From: Candidatus Latescibacterota bacterium
GTDB lineage: Bacteria > Latescibacterota > UBA2968 > GCA-2709665
Direction: 5' to 3'
Assembly (NCBI GenBank): GCA_965222075.1
Contig: OZ244937.1
Span: forward strand, 2,112,001-2,176,000
DNA length: 64,000 nt
The notes under the pieces are model-generated. The model did no database searches. It saw only the letters and a program-made list of their open reading frames with translations, and was not told the origin of the DNA. Every line of letters begins with the position of its first letter. Position 1 is the stretch's first letter. Shown here one piece after another: positions 19,450-28,916 of this stretch. Position numbers and translations under genes: made by a program.

Positions 19450-20955
19450 ATGTATACCAGACAGTACCCAGGACCCAATGAAGACGTTTTAGAGGCGCAA
19501 GCGCGGGTCTGCACCGGTCCCCACCAGTCCAGGCCGCTGGGGAAAAAGCCGTCGGATCCCCGGCCGGGCCCGATTCTTGAACTCATCTTGAAAACCGCAA
19601 GGGGAGAACTCCCTTACGATCAGATGGTTTCAAAAGCCCAGATGGGGGCGTTCTTTGTCGCCATGACCCTCCGCGAAAACTTTCCAAAAAAAACCCGATG
19701 GAGCGACGCGGAGGTCGAGGCCTTCAATAAATACCGTTCGGATTTAGAGCGGCTGATGCACCCGGATGTCAAATTCCTGATGCACCCGGACCGTGGGTAC
19801 GAACCCACCAGCCCCCAGGAAGAGGTCGTCGTCGCATCCCTGGAGAAAATCTTAAGCGGAGTGCATCTCACCTACGCTGAAACCCGGCGGATGGGTGAAG
19901 CCATCCTGAACGGCCGGGTCGGGGACGCCCTGAAAGCCGCGGCCCTCATCGGCCAGCGCATGAACCGCGAAACCTGCGACGAAGTACGCGGATACCTGGA
20001 CGCGGTCCTGGGCCCCGATCAGGTTCTGGAGGTCGATGTCGCGTCGTTGACCCACTTTGGCGAACCCTACGATGGATCGACACGGTATTTCAGGCCGACC
20101 CTCTTTATTGCGGCCGTACGGGCCGCTTTGGGGGAGGCCTCAGTCCTGCACGGCGTCGATGACATGCCGCCCAAAAGAGGCATCACCGAAGAACAGATCC
20201 TCAACGCGCTGGGCGCCCGCACGAACCTCTCCCTTGAAGAGGCCGCAAGCCTGCTCGAAGATCCGGAAGTCGGATTCGCCTACGTCAGCCAGCGGGAATA
20301 CGCTCCCGGCGCGTACTCGGTTCGGGAATTGCGCGTTCACATCAAAAAGCGCCCCCCCTGGGCGGCCACGGAAAAAGCCCAGCAGCTCTTCTCCAAACCG
20401 GGCGCAAACTACATGGTCGTCGGATACTACCACCCCGGCTATGAAGAGCCGCTCATCCGGTTAATGCAGGACCGTGGATTCCAGGCCGGGCTTGTCGTGA
20501 AAGGCGAGGAAGGCACCAGCCACTATTCCTTGCGCCTGGGCAAACCCTCCACGGAGGACCGCAAAGCCGTCAACTATTCCCAGGGCTTCAGGCACGCCGG
20601 CGAACAGCCGGAAAACATCGCATTAGACATCAACCCCGGAACATTCGGCCTGGACTACGACCAGAGCCCGCGCCTGCAGACCATAAGCGCAAAATCCTAC
20701 GCAGAAGCCGGAATCGCAGCCCTGTCCGGACAAAAGGGCCACGTCTACGACCGCATCGTCTTCAACACCGCGCTCAAAGACCACCTCCTGGGCCTCTGTC
20801 CGGATCCGCACGATGCGATCCTGCGCACAAAAGAGGCCATTGACAGCGGCCGTGCGCTTGCGCACCTGAAAGCATACATCCGGAAGTCGACAAGGATCTC
20901 CCCATGGCCAAAAAAATCTACGCCTATGGCATGGACGGCTTCATCACACCCATGA
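19450..20955 (+). CDS. Anthranilate phosphoribosyltransferase-like (TrpD2/YbiB-like) protein
   Basis: EPYDGSTRYF, VLHG..MPPKRGIT, VGYYHPGYE, VVKGEEG. TTGACA-16-TATCTT promoter at 19371-19398. Confidence 0.75.
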   Translation: MYTRQYPGPNEDVLEAQARVCTGPHQSRPLGKKPSDPRPGPILELILKTARGELPYDQMVSKAQMGAFFVAMTLRENFPKKTRWSDAEVEAFNKYRSDLERLMHPDVKFLMHPDRGYEPTSPQEEVVVASLEKILSGVHLTYAETRRMGEAILNGRVGDALKAAALIGQRMNRETCDEVRGYLDAVLGPDQVLEVDVASLTHFGEPYDGSTRYFRPTLFIAAVRAALGEASVLHGVDDMPPKRGITEEQILNALGARTNLSLEEAASLLEDPEVGFAYVSQREYAPGAYSVRELRVHIKKRPPWAATEKAQQLFSKPGANYMVVGYYHPGYEEPLIRLMQDRGFQAGLVVKGEEGTSHYSLRLGKPSTEDRKAVNYSQGFRHAGEQPENIALDINPGTFGLDYDQSPRLQTISAKSYAEAGIAALSGQKGHVYDRIVFNTALKDHLLGLCPDPHDAILRTKEAIDSGRALAHLKAYIRKSTRISPWPKKSTPMAWTASSHP

Positions 20956-22850
20956 TGAAAAAATTCGTCGCCGAAGGCTGTCTGCCCAACTTTGAACGCA
21001 TGCTGAAAGAAGGCGTCGTCAACCAGACCTTCCCCTCTTTCCCCGTCTGGACGCCCACCAACTGGGCCACCCTCTCCACCGGCGCTCACACCGGCACCCA
21101 CGGCGTCACCCGCTGGCGCGTGGAGGTCGCGCCCGGAGAACGCATCGACAGCTTCGACGGCCGGGCGCCCAATGCCGAGCGCATCTGGAACGCCCTGGAA
21201 CGCGCCGGACTTAAAAGCGTGGCCGTCCACTACCCGGCGGCCCACCCTTCGGGCATCAGGTCCGGCTTTGTCGTGGACGGCTTCGGCCACCCCGGCCACG
21301 CCCAGACCGACTACGAGGTCGCTGCCTGCCAGGCCTACACCACCGCCGGCGTCGAATCCACCGTGCAGATGGACCACGACGGCACCGCCGTCCGCCAGGT
21401 GCAAAGCAGCATCGTCTCCATCCCACCCCTCCGCCCCGCCGAAGGCTGGTCCAACCTGCCCGAAAGCCAGTCTCCCCCGCTCGAATCGAGCCTCGAAATC
21501 CACGCCCGCCTCGGCGGCGACGTCAACACCTTCCACCTCCTGGCCTTAGACGGCCGTGGCAACGGATACGACAGTCTGCTCATCTGCCGGGAAAAGGACG
21601 GGACCGCAAAGGTCGCCGAAACCGAAACCGGCGCCTGGAGCGGCTGGGCCATCGAGCCTTTCCGCATCGATGGTCACGGCCAGCGGGCCTCGGTCCGCTT
21701 CAAACTCCTCGAACTCTCGCCCGACGCTCAAAACCTGAAGCTCTACCGCACCCAGGTCACCTGCACCGACGGTTTCACCACTCCCGACGACCTCGCCGGG
21801 GACCTCATCGAGCGCTTCGGTCCCTACCAGGAACACGCCTCCATGGTCCCCTACACCTCCGGCATGGCCGACTTCGACACCGCCCTGGAAGAATGCGAGT
21901 ACCAGGGCCTCTGGTTCGCCGACGTGGCCAACTACATGCTCCGGGAAAAAGGGTGCGCCTTCTTCATCTGCCACTGGCACCTCTACGACTATCTCAACCA
22001 CATCCACCTCAACGACGTCGACCCTGTCTGCCCCGGCTACAACCCGGCAAACGCCGACCGCGCCCTGGACTATTTCCGCCGGGCCTACCAGGTCGGCGAC
22101 CGCGTCCTGGGCCGCATCTATGAGGCCGCCGATGAAAACACCTGCGTCGGCATCCTGGCCGACCACGGCGCCTCTCCGGACGTGCGCGTCGCCAACATCC
22201 GCAAATTCCTCCACGACCGGGGCTTCACCGTCCTCAAACCCAGCGCTCAGGGCGTGGAGCGCGACCAGGTTCTGGAAACGGACATCGACTGGGAAAAGAC
22301 CACCGCCTACCTGAAAGACGACAAAGGCTTCGACATCTTCATCAACGCCGAACCCGGCGAAGCATTCGACAAAATCGAACGGGAACTCCTCCTTGCGCTG
22401 CGCACCTGGGTCGACGAAGGCGTCGGCCGCACCCCCATCGCGATCGCCCTGCCAAAGCGCGACGCCTACCTCCTGGGTCAGTGGGGCGACCAGTGCGGCG
22501 ACGTCATCTTCGCCTGGGACCACGGCTACGTCAGCGGCTACTACGGCCAGTGGAAAGGCATCGTAGGCAACGGCACCGTGGGCGCTCCGGAAGTCTACGG
22601 CGCCCACCACGGCGGCTTCATCCCCACCCGAAGCGACATCTCCTCCAGCTTCGGCTCCTTCCTCTTGAGCGGCCCCGGCCTCAAAAAGGGCTACGAGCGC
22701 CCCTCCGAGACCCTCGGCTACATCCACGCCGCCGACGTCGTCCCCACCTTCTGCCACATCCTGGGCGTCTCCCCCCCGGCCCAAAGCCAGGGCGCCATCG
22801 CCTATGACCTCTTCGAAGGGCATGAGATGATCCGCCGGAGAGAGGCGTAG
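20904..22850 (+). CDS. Alkaline-phosphatase-superfamily phosphodiesterase / nucleotide pyrophosphatase
   Basis: GMDG, PVWTPTNWATLSTG, ADHG, DVVPT motifs. Confidence 0.85.
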   Translation: MAKKIYAYGMDGFITPMMKKFVAEGCLPNFERMLKEGVVNQTFPSFPVWTPTNWATLSTGAHTGTHGVTRWRVEVAPGERIDSFDGRAPNAERIWNALERAGLKSVAVHYPAAHPSGIRSGFVVDGFGHPGHAQTDYEVAACQAYTTAGVESTVQMDHDGTAVRQVQSSIVSIPPLRPAEGWSNLPESQSPPLESSLEIHARLGGDVNTFHLLALDGRGNGYDSLLICREKDGTAKVAETETGAWSGWAIEPFRIDGHGQRASVRFKLLELSPDAQNLKLYRTQVTCTDGFTTPDDLAGDLIERFGPYQEHASMVPYTSGMADFDTALEECEYQGLWFADVANYMLREKGCAFFICHWHLYDYLNHIHLNDVDPVCPGYNPANADRALDYFRRAYQVGDRVLGRIYEAADENTCVGILADHGASPDVRVANIRKFLHDRGFTVLKPSAQGVERDQVLETDIDWEKTTAYLKDDKGFDIFINAEPGEAFDKIERELLLALRTWVDEGVGRTPIAIALPKRDAYLLGQWGDQCGDVIFAWDHGYVSGYYGQWKGIVGNGTVGAPEVYGAHHGGFIPTRSDISSSFGSFLLSGPGLKKGYERPSETLGYIHAADVVPTFCHILGVSPPAQSQGAIAYDLFEGHEMIRRREA

Positions 22851-22907
22851 AAACACTGTTGGACCATTCCAAATCGCTTCCGCACAATCGCGGGAGGAGG
22901 CCGCTGC

Positions 22908-23660
22908 ATGGACGAGACATTGCACCCCAAACGTCGCCTGGAGATCGAAGGAGCGCACAATGTGAGGGACCTGGGAGGATACCGCACGCGGGACGGGGGC
23001 TACACGCGCTGGCTGAGGTTCCTGCGGGCCGACAGCCTGCATCGGCTGTCTTCCGCCGCCCAGACCGCCCTCCTTGACTATGGGCTACACACGGTAATCG
23101 ACCTGCGACGGACAAACGAAACCCGGGCAGCGCCCAATGTCTTTGCCCGTTCGTCGAGAGTGAAGTACCACCATCTGAACATGATCGGCGACGAGGATCT
23201 GGTGCTCGAACCGGTGCCGGAGAATGCCGGACAACCCCGGCAGATCGCCCACAGCTATTGCGGGTTTCTCGACAAGTGCCAGGTCCAGGTGGGCCGGATC
23301 ATGGGGACGCTGGCGTATGCGGGAAATCAGGCCGCTCTGTTCCACTGCGCCGGCGGCAAGGACCGTACAGGCATAATTTCGGCCCTGCTCCTGGGTCTGG
23401 CCGGGGTGCCTGAAGAGACCATCGCCGCCGACTACGGCTTAACCGCCCGCTACCTGACAGCGCCCTATCTGACCTTCCCGGAGGCGGATCCGGAGATCCG
23501 CACCTGGGCGGACTACCAGCGCGTGTACTGCCCGCCGGAGACCATGTTGCTGGTCCTGGACCATCTGGAGCGTATCTACGGTGGGGTCGAAAGCTATGTG
23601 CGGACGGTAGGGCTGTCTGAGGATCAGATCGGCCGGTTGCGCGATACGCTGGTGGAATAG
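22908..23660 (+). CDS. Protein-tyrosine phosphatase family protein
   Basis: NVRDLGG, VIDLR, HCAGGKDRTG active site. Confidence 0.92.
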   Translation: MDETLHPKRRLEIEGAHNVRDLGGYRTRDGGYTRWLRFLRADSLHRLSSAAQTALLDYGLHTVIDLRRTNETRAAPNVFARSSRVKYHHLNMIGDEDLVLEPVPENAGQPRQIAHSYCGFLDKCQVQVGRIMGTLAYAGNQAALFHCAGGKDRTGIISALLLGLAGVPEETIAADYGLTARYLTAPYLTFPEADPEIRTWADYQRVYCPPETMLLVLDHLERIYGGVESYVRTVGLSEDQIGRLRDTLVE

Positions 23661-23724
23661 TCCGCATTTTCGCGGTCGGGCGCCATCGCCTTACCGTAAA
23701 CCTTCTCAAATCGGGAGACGCGTT

Positions 23725-25257
23725 ATGGATGCGGAAGCCATCATCGTAGGCGGTGGGCACAACGGCCTCACGGCCGCGGCCTATCTGGCAAAAGCCGGAC
23801 TGGATGTGCACATCTTCGAACGCCGCCCCTTTGTCGGAGGGGCCGCCATCACCGAGGAGCTCTGGCCCGGCTTCCACTTTTCCACCTGCGCGCATATGAC
23901 CCACGGCATCCACCCAAAAATCATCCGGGACCTCCGCCTCTACGAGCGGGGCCTGGAGATGTGCACCCGCCTGGGCGGCATCCGCATGTGTCCGGACGGG
24001 ACCTACTACGGCCCTTCGGACCACGAGTCGCCCCGCAACCGCATTACGGAGGAACCACTCGCGGAGGAGGAGCGGGAAGCCGCACGCAAATACGGAGCAT
24101 TCAAACGCACGCTCATCGACATCTTTGTGCCCTACCGGCTGCAGCCGCCCCCCACCCTGGACGAAGTGCGGGCCAAAGTCGCGGGCACGCCGGCCGCCGG
24201 GGTGCTGGAGCGGGCGTTGACCACCCGCATCCGGGAACTCCAGGACGCCTTTCTCCCCACCGACAACCTGAAAGAGCGCCACGCCGGCGAGGGCGCCTCC
24301 GTGGGACGCAATCCCCTTGCTATGCACTTTGCGTACGGTTCGATCAACCGGCCCGAGGAGGAAACCGGCGAAGCGCCTCCCTACGGGTATCCCCGAAACG
24401 GCATGGGCGCAATCCCCCGGATGATCGCGGAGGCCGCCCAGGAGGCGGGGGTAAAAATCCACGTAAACCAGGGCGTTGAACAATTCCTCGTAGAAGACGG
24501 AAAGACAATCGGCATCCGGCTCTCCGGCGGAACCGAAGTCCGCAGCCGGGTGGTGGTCTCCAACTTAGATCCCAAGCGCACGTTCCTCAAGATGCTTGCC
24601 CCCGAACACCTGGATGAGGGGCTCCGTTCCCGCATCGAGGGGTTGATCACGCACGTAAGCTGCTACAAATTCTTAGCGGTGATCACGGAGCTGCCCCAAT
24701 ACACCGCCTGGGACGGCGATCCGGACCGGCCCTATATGGGCTCCACCATGATGGGGATGACGCGCGCCGAGATCGACGCAGCCTACGACGACCTGGACGC
24801 CGGACGGCCTCCCGAAACGCCCGTCGTCAGCTTCTCAGTCCCCTCCTTCGTCGACCCCAGCCTCACCCGGTCCGGATACCACACCGCGTCGATCTGGATC
24901 TTCCCCGCTCCCGCGAAGCTGAGCGAAGGCACGTGGGACGACGTGCGCGAGCAGGTCGCGGAACGCCTCATCGACCAGATCACCGGATATGCGCCCAACT
25001 TCCGGGCGTCCATCCGGGACTACAAGCTCCGTACGCCGCTGGACTTGGAGCGGGAAAACGGCCTCACCGACGGGTGCATCTGGCACATCCAGCACGCGGG
25101 CGAGCACCTCTTCTGGAACCGCCCCCTGCCCCAACTGGCCGCCTACCGCGCACCTCTTAAAGGCCTCTACCTCTGCGGCGCCGGCCAGCACCCCGGCGGC
25201 GAAGTCAGCGGCATTCCCGGCCACAATGCAGCGCACGAAATCCTTAAAGATCTGTAG
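23725..25257 (+). CDS. Phytoene dehydrogenase-like FAD oxidoreductase
   Basis: IVGGGHNGLTAAAYLA, LYLCGAGQHPGGEVSGIPGHNAA. Confidence 0.9.
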   Translation: MDAEAIIVGGGHNGLTAAAYLAKAGLDVHIFERRPFVGGAAITEELWPGFHFSTCAHMTHGIHPKIIRDLRLYERGLEMCTRLGGIRMCPDGTYYGPSDHESPRNRITEEPLAEEEREAARKYGAFKRTLIDIFVPYRLQPPPTLDEVRAKVAGTPAAGVLERALTTRIRELQDAFLPTDNLKERHAGEGASVGRNPLAMHFAYGSINRPEEETGEAPPYGYPRNGMGAIPRMIAEAAQEAGVKIHVNQGVEQFLVEDGKTIGIRLSGGTEVRSRVVVSNLDPKRTFLKMLAPEHLDEGLRSRIEGLITHVSCYKFLAVITELPQYTAWDGDPDRPYMGSTMMGMTRAEIDAAYDDLDAGRPPETPVVSFSVPSFVDPSLTRSGYHTASIWIFPAPAKLSEGTWDDVREQVAERLIDQITGYAPNFRASIRDYKLRTPLDLERENGLTDGCIWHIQHAGEHLFWNRPLPQLAAYRAPLKGLYLCGAGQHPGGEVSGIPGHNAAHEILKDL

Positions 25258-25295
25258 GATTTTGAGAGACAGCCCAACCGGATCGAGCCTGACAA

Positions 25296-26051
25296 TCAGG
25301 TCTCCGATCTCAGCTTGAACCCCTGCTCCCTTAGAAACGCGTCCAGTTCGGCCCGGTTGTGAAACTGACCCGCCCGTTCGCCCACCACAGTGGTCCACCG
25401 GGGATCGGACGGATGCATCCCCTGCGACTCGTAAAAGTCCACCATCGCCTGATCGTACGCGCTTAGATACTCCTGGTGCGTTGCATCTTCCATATACCGC
25501 TCCCGGTGCAACACCGCCTCCACCGGCAGGCGCGGTTTGATCGCGGCATCCTGCGCCGGATACCCCAGACACATGCCGGCAACCGCGTACACGAACGGCG
25601 GCAGTCTCAGCAGCTTCCCCACCGCCTTCGGGTGGTTGCGCATCGCCCCGATCATACAGACTCCCAGCCCCGCCGACTCGGCCGCCACCGCCACATTCTG
25701 CATCATAAGCGCCACGTCCACCGTCGAAATCAGCAGCGCCTCGACGTAGTCTCCGTCAAACTGCTCCACCCCGTGCATCTGCCCCGCCATCCGGTCCCGG
25801 TGCAAATCCGCGCAAAAAGCCAGAAAAGCCGCGCTCTGATGAATCTGAACCTGATCCGCGCACAACACCGCCAACTCCGCTTTCCGCTCCGGTTCGGACA
25901 CGTGAATCACACTGTAAGCCTGCAAATTGCTCGACGTGCTCGCCCGCTGACCGCAGACAATCAACTGCTCCAGCAACCCCTCTGGCAGCAGCCGGTCCTC
26001 AAAGCGGCGGATACTCCGGTGTCCCAGCAACGTCTCGATCGTAGGATTCAT
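25296..26051 (-). CDS. nfsA: NADPH-dependent nitroreductase / flavin reductase (NfsA/Frp family)
   Basis: HRSIRRF, ASTSSNLQAYS, AAESAGLG..IGAMRN, KPRLP. Confidence 0.88.
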   Translation of the reverse strand: MNPTIETLLGHRSIRRFEDRLLPEGLLEQLIVCGQRASTSSNLQAYSVIHVSEPERKAELAVLCADQVQIHQSAAFLAFCADLHRDRMAGQMHGVEQFDGDYVEALLISTVDVALMMQNVAVAAESAGLGVCMIGAMRNHPKAVGKLLRLPPFVYAVAGMCLGYPAQDAAIKPRLPVEAVLHRERYMEDATHQEYLSAYDQAMVDFYESQGMHPSDPRWTTVVGERAGQFHNRAELDAFLREQGFKLRSET

Positions 26052-26174
26052 CTCTTCCCCCCTCTTCGTATTGAATTGAATATTGATATTTTTCAATCTT
26101 CAATCCCGAATATGCTTTCCTCCCCCTCTCCTGTCAACCTGAAACCCCCGCTTCGCTATTGAGACTCCGCGGAC

Positions 26175-27131
26175 ATGAACCTCAACCGCATCCTCCTCAT
26201 CCGCACCGGCGCCCTCGGAGACCTCATCGTCACCCTCCCGGTCCTGAGCGCCCTCAAAGCGGCTGCGCCTCGCGCCCGCGTCCACCTGCTCGGCCATCCC
26301 AAAACCCTCGCTCTGGCCGGAGACTACGCCCACAGCATCGCCGGCATCGAACAAGCCGACTGGGCCCCTTTCTTTGTCCCCAACGGCCGCCTCTCCCCCC
26401 GCTTTGTGGACCAGCTCAAAACCACCGACCTCGTCCTCTCCTACCTCCCCGATCCCGACGGAACCTTCACGGCCAACCTCCAACGCGCCGGTGCACGGAC
26501 CGTCCTTTCCTTCCCCCCCCACCCCCCTCCGGACGGCTCGATCCACGTTGTAGACCACCTTCTGCGCCCTCTGTCGGACCTCCACATTCCGGTGGCCGAT
26601 CCTGTCCCCCGGGTATCCCTCACCCGGGAAGACCACCGCGAGGCCGACCGCATACTCCCACATCTTGAAGACGCATCGCCCGCCGTCATCCATCCCGGCA
26701 GTGGAGGTGCGATGAAACGCTGGCCTCCCGAACGCTTTTCCGCTGTGGCCGACCACCTCGCCCGGCGCACAGGCCGGCCGGTCGTCCTCCTCTCCGGCCC
26801 TGCCGATGGAGATCTGGCCGAGCGAATCGCCTCACGCATGCAAACCGCCCCAATACGCATCCCCCCCCTTACGCTAAGGCACCTGGCTGCCCTGCTAAGA
26901 CGCGCATCCGTCTACCTGGGCAATGACTCGGGTCCCTCCCACCTCGCGGCTGCTGTCGGCACCCCGGCCGTTGTCCTCTTCGGCCCCACCGACCCCCGCA
27001 CCTGGGGCCCCCGGGGCGAGGCCGTCCGCATCCTCCAGGGAGATCCTCACCTGCCTCCGGAATGCCGCCTCGAAACCATTTCGGAAAGCAAAGTGGTCGA
27101 AGCCCTCCTCCAGTACCCTGGTGGGTTTTGA
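26175..27131 (+). CDS. Glycosyltransferase family 9 (heptosyltransferase-like)
   Basis: GALGDL, IHPGSG..KRWP, GNDSGPSHLAAA, LFGPT. Confidence 0.9.
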   Translation: MNLNRILLIRTGALGDLIVTLPVLSALKAAAPRARVHLLGHPKTLALAGDYAHSIAGIEQADWAPFFVPNGRLSPRFVDQLKTTDLVLSYLPDPDGTFTANLQRAGARTVLSFPPHPPPDGSIHVVDHLLRPLSDLHIPVADPVPRVSLTREDHREADRILPHLEDASPAVIHPGSGGAMKRWPPERFSAVADHLARRTGRPVVLLSGPADGDLAERIASRMQTAPIRIPPLTLRHLAALLRRASVYLGNDSGPSHLAAAVGTPAVVLFGPTDPRTWGPRGEAVRILQGDPHLPPECRLETISESKVVEALLQYPGGF

Positions 27132-27246
27132 AATTCGGACAGACATCGCCCACCTTGACGGCGCAAATACAAATTGGTATTTTAAAGAGCCCTGAAGAAG
27201 AAATCCTGGTCCGAATTTCACACGCGTCCGAACCGGAATCACCATC

Positions 27247-27621
27247 GTGTCAAAAGCCTTACTCATTGTCGACCACGGATCGGTGCGCGACGAAGCCAAT
27301 CGGATGCTTGAAGGTGTGGCGGAAATCCTGCGTCGTCAGCGGCCCGGCCTCATCGTCCACATCGCCCACATGGAACTGGCCGCGCCCACCATAAAAGACG
27401 GCGTTGCGGCCTGTGTGCGCGACGGCGCAACCGAGGTCATCATCCACCCCTACATGCTCTCTCCCGGCCGTCACGCCACCAGCGACATTCCGGCCCTGGC
27501 CAGAGAAGCCGCTACCGATTTTCCCAACATCACATACAGCGTCACCGATCCTCTCGGCCTGCACGACAAAATCGGAGAAGTCGTTCTCGAACGCGCCGGT
27601 CTCCTGACCCCTGACTCCTGA
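27247..27621 (+). CDS. cbiX: Short CbiX/SirB sirohydrochlorin chelatase-like protein
   Basis: LLIVDHGS, HMELAAP, PYMLSPGRHATSDIP, DPLGLH. Confidence 0.85.
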   Translation: MSKALLIVDHGSVRDEANRMLEGVAEILRRQRPGLIVHIAHMELAAPTIKDGVAACVRDGATEVIIHPYMLSPGRHATSDIPALAREAATDFPNITYSVTDPLGLHDKIGEVVLERAGLLTPDS

Positions 27622-27634
27622 ATACGGAGCCTCC

Positions 27635-28828
27635 ATGCCCGCTTCCCAACACCCGATGCGCCGGGTCTGGTACATCACCTTCACCCACACTGCGGTGGAC
27701 TTCTACATGACCCTCTTCCCACCGCTTCTGGCCCTGTTCAAGGCCCATTTCGCCCTCTCCCTGGTCCAGGCCTCCCTGCTCCCAACCGTCGTTTCGGTCT
27801 TCGGCTCCATGCCCCAGCCCTTCCTGGGCTACCTGGGCGACCGGACCAACCGGATGGCCCTGGCCGCTCTGGGCGTGTGCATCTCCGGGATCTTCATCTC
27901 GGCCATCTGCTTCGTCCCCTCGGCCCCCGTCCTTGCCCTCTTCCTGCTCATGGCAGCGCTGGGCTCTTCCCTCTTTCACCCCACCGGGGGCGGCCTGGTG
28001 ACCGCCTTTGCCCCCCAACGCTCAAACCTTGCCCTGGCCATCTTTCTCACCGGCGGTCCCTTCGGCATGGCCATGGCCCCCGTCATCGCCACCCAAATCG
28101 TCGAACGCTACGGCCTGGGACACCTCTGGATACTCGTCTTCCCCTCCCTGATCGCAGCAGCCCTCCTCTTCCGCCTCTCCCGCACCCAGAGCATCCAGGG
28201 GACCTCTCCGTCAGGCCGCCGCATCAACCTTGCGCACCTCCGAACCGCAGCGATGCGCCCCCTCTGGACCCTCTACGCCATCGCCGTTTTCCGCTCCCTC
28301 GTTCACGCTGTCTACGTCAGCTTTCTCTCCCTCCTGGGTGAGGACAGGGGCTGGACCATCGGAAGTATCGGCTGGACCCTCTCGGCCTACCTCGTGGCCA
28401 GCACAATCGGCCGCATGGCAGGGGGATACGTTGGCGATCGCGTCTCCCCCCGTAAGCTCCTCACGCTTTCCAACGCCCTGTCCCCCCTCATCTATATCGG
28501 CTTCTGTTCCACAACCGGCCCGGCCGCCCTCCCCCTCCTCTGCCTGGCTGCATTCACCTTCGACACGGGTGCAACCACCAACATCATCCTGGCCCAGCGC
28601 CTCCTCCCCCAAAACACCAGCACCGCCACCGGTATGGTCATGGGGTTTTCCTGGGGGACGGCCGGCCTCCTCATCCCCCTGGTCGGCATGCTGGCCGAAG
28701 CCACCTCGGTCCCCTTCGCGCTCGCCTGCGTCTCCGGCCTCCTCCTGCCCACAACCACGCTCGTCGCCGCCCTGCCCCCCGAACAACAGCAGGCATACGA
28801 ACCCGCCGTTGCCCTGGAAACCGACTGA
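27635..28828 (+). CDS. MFS transporter (Fsr-like)
   Basis: About 12 TM helices, HTAVDFY, QPFLGYLGDR, LFHP. Confidence 0.88.
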   Translation: MPASQHPMRRVWYITFTHTAVDFYMTLFPPLLALFKAHFALSLVQASLLPTVVSVFGSMPQPFLGYLGDRTNRMALAALGVCISGIFISAICFVPSAPVLALFLLMAALGSSLFHPTGGGLVTAFAPQRSNLALAIFLTGGPFGMAMAPVIATQIVERYGLGHLWILVFPSLIAAALLFRLSRTQSIQGTSPSGRRINLAHLRTAAMRPLWTLYAIAVFRSLVHAVYVSFLSLLGEDRGWTIGSIGWTLSAYLVASTIGRMAGGYVGDRVSPRKLLTLSNALSPLIYIGFCSTTGPAALPLLCLAAFTFDTGATTNIILAQRLLPQNTSTATGMVMGFSWGTAGLLIPLVGMLAEATSVPFALACVSGLLLPTTTLVAALPPEQQQAYEPAVALETD

Positions 28829-28916
28829 GCCTATGTCTGCCCCACACAACACCCGGCCCTACCCCACCGGCCTGACCCCCCCAAAGCCCATCCCCTTCTC
28901 CTCCCGGGGGGACAGG

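Noticed and set aside
28230-28916. N-terminal extension of the S8 protease ORF
   Set aside because: It overlaps the MFS gene in another frame and is Pro/Ser-rich noise. The signal peptide begins near 28917.
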